Below, piece by piece: positions 57,008 to 64,000 of a stretch of 64,000 bases of DNA. Source of the DNA: a virus. Location of the stretch: the IMG/VR virus record IMGVR_UViG_3300028388_003330, positions 16,203-80,202 of that record; one strand, 5' to 3'. The position numbers and the translations under genes are program-made. A model generated the notes under the pieces. It made no database searches and was not told the DNA's origin. It worked only from the letters and a program-made list of their open reading frames with translations. Position 1 is the stretch's first letter. Each line of letters opens with the position of its first letter.

Positions 57008-57330
57008 TGGACAAGCTAATCGTCGATTTTGAGGACACCGTGTTTGAGCTTCGCGGAGTTGCGGCGAAAGCAATGCAGGCACTTATAGATGAAGTTGAAG
57101 ACCTTCGCGTAGAGAACGAGCGACTCACCTTAGAACGAGATCAGGTTATCAAAGAATTAAGCGAAGAAAACGAACGCCTAAGGGAAGCCTTACAACAAAT
57201 CGCCAATCACCTTGATAACGCATCTCGACGTGATCCCGCCAGCGCACCAGCAATGGCAGATATTGCTAAAGAAGCATTACAGAGAGGTAAGAAATGGATG
57301 ACCTTTGGTTTTTCCTTTGGGGAGCCTTAG
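57007..57330 (+). CDS. Coiled-coil array member
   Basis: LRVENERL, ENERLREAL and IAKEAL blocks. Confidence 0.55.
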   Translation: MDKLIVDFEDTVFELRGVAAKAMQALIDEVEDLRVENERLTLERDQVIKELSEENERLREALQQIANHLDNASRRDPASAPAMADIAKEALQRGKKWMTFGFSFGEP

Positions 57331-57594
57331 TCATGTGGGCCTTATGCGTTGTGTGGCACTACGGAGAAAAGTAGTGGATGCCCTTATCCACCACCTTGGC
57401 TACGCAGGAGTTTTCTGGCTCGGAATACTCATAGGCTGGGTTGCAAACCGTCGGTAACGACGGTTAGTTACCAGCCTTTCACAACAAAAAAGCCAATAAT
57501 CATGGAAGCCTTACTCACTCTAATCGTTTCCCTCATCGTTGCAGCACCAGTGGTGTTATGCGTTATCTACGCCATGAGAGACAAATAACACTCT

Positions 57595-57679
57595 GTATAA
57601 GGGCGATATCAAAAACCAACTCAGGGATATAAGTATAAGGGAAGTACAAAAAACCACTCTAGGGATATAAGTATAAGGG
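57595..57679. repeat. 38-bp-period direct repeats
   Basis: AGGGATATAAGTATAAGGG at 57623 and 57661. GTATAAGGG also at 57595. Confidence 0.8.
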
Positions 57680-57764
57680 CAATGTTGGGAGCCAGGGAAA
57701 ATGGTGGGTATGGTGGGCAGCAAAGTAAATTCGATCTAGGACTATCCTTTATTTTCCTTTATTT

Positions 57765-57794
57765 GTATATAGTCACTTCCTTGTGACTATATAC
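57765..57794. terminator. Perfect 12-bp inverted repeat between convergent units
   Basis: GTATATAGTCAC-TTCCTT-GTGACTATATAC. Confidence 0.5.
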
Positions 57795-57805
57795 TTTGCT
57801 ATTTA

Positions 57806-58327
57806 TTAGAAGTTACGAAATAGCGGATGATTCCAGTCTACTGTTATTTCGTTTCCTTTAGCAGGAGTCTTTTTAGTTCCAGAATTTGTTAAGGAAACGA
57901 AAGTTGCGAAATATCCAGCCTGCGTGATTGTAGTATGTCCAAAGATAGACTGTAAACGCTGATACGTCCATTTACTTTCCTTTCCGTTTTTCTCTACATG
58001 CATGCGCAAGCTATCTAGCGTTTTTTCCGTTACATTTCCGGAGTGTGCATGTTTAGTATATGCGATCAAGCGCTTATAGAATTCTCTACTTTGCGCTTCC
58101 GAAAGTTGATTAATTTCCTTCCATTGGAAGGAAACATTGTCCACGAGGAACTGCAATTCCGCGTCGCTTAAGCGCGCTGTAAGCGCTTGTAACGCGCGTT
58201 CGATTGTCGAGTAATGCTGCAACGTGGATTCCTTCACGCTATCGTCACTGATCGCAAGCGTAAGCGCGATAGTTCCAAGTTTATTAGCGCTTTTCGTAAT
58301 GATCGATTTAAGAGTAGAAGTTTTCAT
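57806..58327 (-). CDS. Hypothetical protein, distant paralog of 60599..61150
   Basis: 173 aa with RBS AAGGA. Shares H.T.TQA.Y with the paralog. Confidence 0.65.
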   Translation of the reverse strand: MKTSTLKSIITKSANKLGTIALTLAISDDSVKESTLQHYSTIERALQALTARLSDAELQFLVDNVSFQWKEINQLSEAQSREFYKRLIAYTKHAHSGNVTEKTLDSLRMHVEKNGKESKWTYQRLQSIFGHTTITQAGYFATFVSLTNSGTKKTPAKGNEITVDWNHPLFRNF

Positions 58328-58826
58328 TAGCGTTTCCTTATATAGTGAGTGTAACGTAAGCTTTTTGCTTACACTTATAATGATAGACTGCCTGCAATTT
58401 TATGCAAGCTTTTTTGCAAAATTTTATGCGACACTTTTTTTGTCGTTTTTAAAATCGAAAGTACAGCGCGATAAGAACCACTCTCGTTTGCGAACCACTA
58501 TCAACTGCGAACCACTCTCGTTTGCTAATCCCCCACAAATGCGAACCACCCGCCAATGAGAACCACCCGCGCCCGCAAACGGCCCACAAATGCGGGCGGC
58601 CCACGGTTGAGGGCGGCCCACGGCTGCGAACGGCCCGCATTTCCCACGGGAGCGCCCGGTACCCTGGAGGCCCTCTGGGCAGCCGCACCCTATGGCCTCG
58701 CCATAGCCTTTCGCATGGGCTTCCCATGGCGCTTTAAACGACAAAATTCCGGGCTTTAATGAGCCTTTCCCATGGCATCCCATGGTGAACGTTCCAACCG
58801 CCCCATGGTTTTATTAATAAATTAAT

Positions 58827-58850
58827 AAAACGGGGCTTCCTTGCCCCGTT
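58827..58850 (-). terminator. Intrinsic terminator
   Basis: AACGGGGC..GCCCCGTT stem with a U-tail on the minus strand. Confidence 0.65.
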
Positions 58851-58860
58851 GTTTGTGTGA

Positions 58861-59061
58861 CTACCTCCAATCGTCCTTGTGGGGCTTGTCACGACGGCGC
58901 ATGGGCTCGACTTCCGGCATGTCCTCATACTGGTCGAAACCCAGATAATCCATCCATCCGGTACGAACTGGCTGGATCGTGATTTCTTCTGCGGGGAGTT
59001 CTTCCACCAGAACTGCGTCGGTCAGCAGTTGGTCGAATTCTTCGTTAATGCGGTTTTTCAT
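58861..59061 (-). CDS. Small hypothetical protein
   Basis: RBS AAGGAG, with its own promoter and terminator. Confidence 0.6.
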   Translation of the reverse strand: MKNRINEEFDQLLTDAVLVEELPAEEITIQPVRTGWMDYLGFDQYEDMPEVEPMRRRDKPHKDDWR

Positions 59062-59258
59062 TATGGCTCTCCTTACGGTCAGTGAGTGGTTGAAGCGCTA
59101 TCTCTAGCGTTCAATGACAGTATGGAGCGCCCTATATGGGGTTTCTACAAAACCCCATGGCGTTTGAAAAAGCCCGTATTAGTTTTTACGAAGTAAAAAC
59201 CATGGGAACGCCGTATAAGATCCGGCTATAGGCCGGAATTGGAGAAACGTGGTCTGTT

Positions 59259-59489
59259 TTACATTACGTCTGCGGCGAACAATTCATGATTGTCCACCCA
59301 GCGTTGCCCCACTCTCGCAATACGCTCACGATCCCAGAACTCGCCGCTGAGTTCATACATGTCCGCTACTAACCATTCTCCCGAGAGATGGACATCATGC
59401 ATGAACAACACCAAACGCCAGTCAAAGCCAATGCGTTCAATGGCATACTTGCGGGGCGAGACATGTACACGATCTTGAAAATCCATCAT
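59259..59489 (-). CDS. Small hypothetical protein
   Basis: RBS CAGGAG. Confidence 0.6.
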   Translation of the reverse strand: MMDFQDRVHVSPRKYAIERIGFDWRLVLFMHDVHLSGEWLVADMYELSGEFWDRERIARVGQRWVDNHELFAADVM

Positions 59490-59757
59490 GGTGGTTCTCC
59501 TGTGCAGTGAGTTAGCAAGTTAATTATCCGACACGCCCTGCGGCATGTCCGTGGGTTCAAAACAACCCCACGGCAAAGCGAAGCTCTGTAATCGTTTCTA
59601 AGCGCTTCCCAGAGTCAGTCAGTAGTGAGATAGCACTCCAGTTGAGAAAACGTCTGGTAGACGCTCTCAGCGTCTCTCAGCGCATTCCCCAGATCCAATC
59701 TTTGCTGCATTCCGGACTCCAGCAGGAAAATCCAGCCCCATGGCGCGTCAAACAAAC

Positions 59758-59783
59758 AAAAAACGCCCCAGCAAGTGGGGCGT
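59758..59783 (-). terminator. Intrinsic terminator
   Basis: ACGCCCCA-N5-TGGGGCGT stem with a U-tail. Confidence 0.7.
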
Positions 59784-59792
59784 CGATGGCGA

Positions 59793-60245
59793 TCAGTAGA
59801 TGATCGGACAGGCGGGGTTTTCCAGGTTGTGGATGTTCTGCGGACACCCCGTCATGGAATCCATGAAAAACTGAAGGTGACTCAGTCGTGACTTACCGTT
59901 CTTGCGATCAAAAGCGGCTTGCAGCGTCCGCGCGTAATCCAGCGGCAGGTGGTCGAACATCACTTCGCGGATCTCATCCCCCATTCCGAACATTGCGTGG
60001 CGGTTGTCCTCGTCGCGGACATTCCACACGCGGTTCAGACACAATCCGCGATCTTTGACGGGATAGATGTCGTAACGGACGGTGGTGTAAACATCGTCGA
60101 TGTGATTCACCAGCGCGTCGAATTCGTTCATCACGCCGCGCATCCACGCGGCTTCGATGTCTGGGTCTTGGATGTCCATGTCTTCCTCAATGGCGCGCAT
60201 TTCGTCGATCAGCAGAAAAAGGCGATTCGTGAGATTCAGGTTCAT
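59793..60245 (-). CDS. Hypothetical protein
   Basis: RBS CGGAG before MNLNL, with its own promoter and terminator. Confidence 0.65.
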   Translation of the reverse strand: MNLNLTNRLFLLIDEMRAIEEDMDIQDPDIEAAWMRGVMNEFDALVNHIDDVYTTVRYDIYPVKDRGLCLNRVWNVRDEDNRHAMFGMGDEIREVMFDHLPLDYARTLQAAFDRKNGKSRLSHLQFFMDSMTGCPQNIHNLENPACPIIY

Positions 60246-60562
60246 GGTCAATCTCCGGTAGTGAGTGTGGTCGTCGGAAACGTTTCCGACAGATTCAGTA
60301 TGACGCAGCCCTTATGGCGTTTCTATAAGCTTCCGGAGATTCCCATGGCCTCGCGCGCGCGGTTTTTTTCTTCTTTTTTTTAAAAAAATGGTTTTAGAAG
60401 GTTATTACTAGAGGAAGCGTCGGAGTTGCCCGTGTTTCCTTATAGAAAGCCATTATTAGTATTATTAATTTATTAATAATACTAAAACCCCTTCGGAAAA
60501 CGAAAAACTGCCCGTGTTTCCTTATACAAGCCATGGGACGCCATGGTGAATCCTCCGGAATG

Positions 60563-60588
60563 AAAAAGCGGGGCTCGGAAGCCCCGCT
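60563..60588 (-). terminator. Intrinsic terminator
   Basis: AGCGGGGCT-TCCG-AGCCCCGCT followed by TTTT on the minus strand. Confidence 0.75.
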
Positions 60589-60598
60589 GTGTGGATGA

Positions 60599-61150
60599 TT
60601 AGCTCTGGTAGAGCGACTTCAGATCAGCCAACGTCTTGTTTTCCGGGTCCAGACGCACCTCCCAGACGCCTTTTCCGATCTTGTTAACCTCGGAAGCGAT
60701 GCCCAGGAACTTGAACGCCGTCTTCATGTAGTTCGCTTGCGTTGGCGTCTGATGCTGCGCCTCGCGCTGCATGTCCATCGTCGTGAGGCGTTCCGCGTTC
60801 TTCGCCACGATGAACTGGATCACGGCGTCCAGTGCGCGGTCGGAGAGTTCCGATCCGTTTCCAACCGCCTCCAGGATCGCAACGGTGCGCTTCTTCAGCT
60901 CTCGGCTCTGCGATTCGATCTCCGAGGCTTTCGCTGCTCCCAACTGCTCCAGCGCGTACTTGATAGCGGCGTCGGACATCTCCGCCAGCTTCATGTCGAA
61001 GTTGGCGTGCGTGAGCTGGGTCTTCACGCGATCCTGCTCGCGCTTCGTGGCGTCCTCCGGAAGCGCCTGACGAATGGAATCCGCGCGATCCGCGCGCACA
61101 AGCGCCTCATCCTGAAAGTACGAGCGAAAGCCGGTCATGGATTTTTTCAT
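60599..61150 (-). CDS. Hypothetical protein, distant paralog of 57806..58327
   Basis: 183 aa with RBS CAGGAG. Confidence 0.7.
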   Translation of the reverse strand: MKKSMTGFRSYFQDEALVRADRADSIRQALPEDATKREQDRVKTQLTHANFDMKLAEMSDAAIKYALEQLGAAKASEIESQSRELKKRTVAILEAVGNGSELSDRALDAVIQFIVAKNAERLTTMDMQREAQHQTPTQANYMKTAFKFLGIASEVNKIGKGVWEVRLDPENKTLADLKSLYQS

Positions 61151-61501
61151 GGTGAATCTCCTGTGTTGCCAGTGAATGTGTGCCTCGTCAGCAACGCGCT
61201 GACATCTATAGTGTGGACGAGCGCCTGTGGTAAATCTACGTCACCAGTGAGTTACCGCCTGTTTCCCATTTTTGTCGTTTTCTGGGGAAAACCACGGCTC
61301 CCATGGGAATTCCCGCAGCGGTTCCCATGGCTTTTTCCCATGGTCATGCCGCCCGTTTCCCTCGCCTTATTAGGAGCCTCGCCGATTATCATAGGCCGAA
61401 CCATAGGGCCGTTTACCAAAGCCTTTCCCCATGGCACGCCATGGCAGAAAATTTTGCAAAAAAATGCCTGCAAAAGCAGGCAAAAACACTCACTCACCAG
61501 G

Positions 61502-61819
61502 TTAAAGTCCCATTAGCAATATCTTTTCCCCGTATGTTCGTAGATAGTTGGTGACTGTTCCGCAGCCTTCATCCCGTGCTCCATTGACTGTTCGTTGTGC
61601 AATTTGGTCAATGAGAGTCTCATCGGAATAAGGTGATTTTGCGTTTGATAGCCACATTCCACCGTTCTGATGCTTGATTACCAGTCGTACCGGAAAGCAG
61701 ATCCATTCAAATACCGTATCGTCCTGGCGAACATCCACATCGATATCCACCACTTCCGTACAGAGCATCCCAACTCCAGTCAATTGGGTGTCCGCCATAC
61801 TGATCATTACTCGCCTCAT
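61502..61819 (-). CDS. Hypothetical protein
   Basis: 105 aa with RBS GGAGGG. Confidence 0.55.
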   Translation of the reverse strand: MRRVMISMADTQLTGVGMLCTEVVDIDVDVRQDDTVFEWICFPVRLVIKHQNGGMWLSNAKSPYSDETLIDQIAQRTVNGARDEGCGTVTNYLRTYGEKILLMGL

Positions 61820-62029
61820 TTTTTCCCTCCAGCGCGTTCACTTGCTTGAAATAAGTATTGATCAAATACAAAGGCAAATCAGCAACTTGCCATGGCTTAT
61901 AGGAAAAAATCAAAAAACGCCATATGCGTATTCGCCTGCGGCCGGAATTAGGGAAACCCCTATTTGCCATAGGCGAATTAACCCAAAAGCCTTGTTTTAT
62001 TCTCTCTCTGGTGTTCCGCCTCCCGCTTA

Positions 62030-62340
62030 CACTTGAGAGACTTGGTTACAGGCTTGGTTACAGGCTTGGTTACACTTGATTACTGCGGTTAAGAGGGTTT
62101 GATTACTTGGTTACACTTGGTTACTGCTCTTGAAGGACTTGGGAGACTTGGAAGGCTCTTCTCTTTGGTTTCTTCTCTTGGGAGACTTGATGGAGCTTAC
62201 TGGTTACTGCTCTTGAAGGACTTGGGAGCTTCTGAGGGCTTTTGTGTGGCTTTAACTGCTTCTTACTGGTTTCTTCTCTTTGATTTCTTCCTTGGTTTCT
62301 CCTTACCTCTCTCCTTACTTGATTCTTATTCCCTTGGTTG
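62030..62340. repeat. Low-complexity CTTGGTTACA-type repeat tract
   Basis: Multiple (C)TTG(G/A)TTAC units. A 28-bp exact repeat at 62118 and 62201. Confidence 0.75.
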
Positions 62341-62425
62341 AATTATTTTGCTCATGACCGTGTGGTTCTGGACATTAGTCATTACACGGTTCATTCCTTT
62401 GAACCGTTGTTTCTTCTGGAAAATC

Positions 62426-62734
62426 TTATGCGGTAAGAATCACATCATTACCGTCTGCATCTGAGAAAACATCTGGGTAAAACTCGGTATCTTCTCCTTC
62501 CTCATACCGGTTCCTGATAACGGAGGTAACTCTTGCCAGAATGTCCAAATTGTAGGTACTCATCAGCAGATCGGCGTCCTTGTCCATTGCGATGTTCATG
62601 GCTCCGTTCTCATCAAATCCGTACCGGATAAGAACACTCTTCCCGTTCTCATCGCGTACTTGTACGGTGAAGAACTGATCATCCCATCCGCCAATGGTGG
62701 AATCGACTAAATCAACAGTAAGTGGTTGTTTCAT
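62426..62734 (-). CDS. Acidic hypothetical protein
   Basis: RBS CAGGAG and promoter TTGATA-N17-CAGAAT. Confidence 0.65.
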   Translation of the reverse strand: MKQPLTVDLVDSTIGGWDDQFFTVQVRDENGKSVLIRYGFDENGAMNIAMDKDADLLMSTYNLDILARVTSVIRNRYEEGEDTEFYPDVFSDADGNDVILTA

Positions 62735-62912
62735 GAGGCTCTCCTGTGTTTTCCTTGGAATTTCATTCTGTTCTTCTGCCTTTGGGGTATCAACAGTTTT
62801 GCTTGGAATGCCTTGGCGTTTTTTAAAAATAATTAATCCGCCGGAATAAGAAAAACTGGCTGATTACTCTTGGTGCAAAAACATTTATGCGTTGGTAAAT
62901 GCAAAGGTGATT

Positions 62913-63089
62913 TTAAGTTTCGTCATCAAGGGTTTTTGTGATTTGCTTTTTGGCGTTTTGACGGTCCTCTTTATGCGCGGCGTGTTTGAGTTGGCGCATT
63001 TCGTGGCGTTTCATGATCACCCATTTCCGCTCATGTTTGGCGATGTTGAGAGACTGATTGTGTCGGTGTTTCTGATAATCGGATTTCAT
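62913..63089 (-). CDS. Small basic protein
   Basis: Start MKSDYQ preferred because AGGAG precedes it. Confidence 0.5.
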   Translation of the reverse strand: MKSDYQKHRHNQSLNIAKHERKWVIMKRHEMRQLKHAAHKEDRQNAKKQITKTLDDET

Positions 63090-63417
63090 GTTGGTTGAAC
63101 TCCTGTAATCGTTTCTAAGCGCTTCCCATCTTGAAGTATATCCGGATGCTGCTTCGTTGAGATCGTCGCTGGGAGAGCTTCCTGTCGCTTCCTGTGAACT
63201 GTGCCGGAACGTCATCATTCCTCATTTCCTTCTGGAACGGGAGTAGCATTGTGTTTTTGGGTTTTGCGTGACGTTTCTTGATTGGTTTTGTGACTGTTTT
63301 TGAAGGTTTTGTGGGAAACTTATAGTTACCTAAGTGATTGATTTTGATTGGCTGTAGACGCTGCGTGAGGTTGTGGTTTCTATGTATAAGGATATTTTGG
63401 GAGAAGTTGACGGTTTG

Positions 63418-63690
63418 TTAATCAAATGTGAGGTGCAGAACGGCTTTGGATAACCAACCCTGTCCATTACGGAGAATGGGGACGTTGTTGGATTGAAGAA
63501 TGGTGGAAGCGTGGAATTCCTGGTGCTCACCTTCCTCTTTTCGTTGTTGGGTTCCGACGAGGTGATGGCGGGGGGATTTTTCGTTGGGGGAGGTTTCTTG
63601 CTTCTGAATCTGGTCACGAAGCCAGTTTTCGTCCTTACCGGACTGAACTAGCCAGTAATGGAGAGTTCGGTTGTAAGTGAAGTCACCCAT
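63418..63690 (-). CDS. Hypothetical protein
   Basis: 90-aa ORF. Confidence 0.4.
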   Translation of the reverse strand: MGDFTYNRTLHYWLVQSGKDENWLRDQIQKQETSPNEKSPRHHLVGTQQRKEEGEHQEFHASTILQSNNVPILRNGQGWLSKAVLHLTFD

Positions 63691-63712
63691 TACTGACTAG
63701 TATACGCCGGAA

Positions 63713-63952
63713 TTAGAAGGCTTGTGCGTTGATTCCGAGAGCGGAAGTCACCTTGTGGAGGCTTTTTCCAGTAGGTAGAACACGCCCCGTTTCCCAACGC
63801 CAAATTGCGGACATGGACACATCGGCGCGCTTTGCGAGCCGTTCGCGAGTCCAGTTCTTTTTCATCCGCGCCAGCAGAATTTGCTTACCAATTTCGTGAA
63901 TGTCGAAAGCGTTCTGGGGGTTGAAGATTTCGTTGGATTCACCGAACTCCAA
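63713..63952 (-). CDS. XRE-family HTH regulator (true start may lie further upstream)
   Basis: IG..I..AR....WT...LA..A.VS.SAI.RWE.G...P motif. Confidence 0.8.
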   Translation of the reverse strand: MEFGESNEIFNPQNAFDIHEIGKQILLARMKKNWTRERLAKRADVSMSAIWRWETGRVLPTGKSLHKVTSALGINAQAF

Positions 63953-64000
63953 ATTGGTTTGCTGGGTAAGTTCCGCTGGGGTTTCGTCAATCTCCAGAAT

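Noticed and set aside
54517-57330. CRISPR array or integron
   Set aside because: The repeats are coding, irregularly spaced and non-palindromic. No cas gene, integrase or attC structure is present.
58424-58783. ORFs across the GC-rich repeat region, and 62099..62341
   Set aside because: They are low-complexity translations of non-coding repeats.

Overview
The window is a 64-kb segment of a temperate siphovirus-type phage or phage-plasmid. From memory, its capsid, portal, tail and ParB/ABC-GNAT/helicase genes resemble the SSU5/pHCM2 group; no database search was run. Minus strand 104-47,984 carries PhoH, a ~17-kb cluster of fibre/appendage, lysis and accessory genes (including a sulfotransferase and a metallophosphoesterase), a 4,554-aa modular gpJ-like tail-tip protein, the tail and head genes and both terminase subunits. 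Next come an ABC-ATPase/GNAT gene, two ParB-like genes and a divergent SF2 helicase. Positions 52-57.6 kb hold a plus-strand run of small genes with tRNA-Thr(UGU) and a modular coiled-coil gene array. Positions 57.6-64 kb are repeat-rich, with single-gene transcription units. The most striking observation is an apparent split-FN3 'plug-and-socket' system in the fibre cluster: three proteins end in the same 24-aa two-strand tag, and three FN3-like modules lack exactly those strands. Other highlights are a TAAGTCA-N4-TGACTTA operator regulon over sigma70 promoters, a cassette-like small-gene array with a conserved junction, and a strong intergenic CCATGG enrichment.
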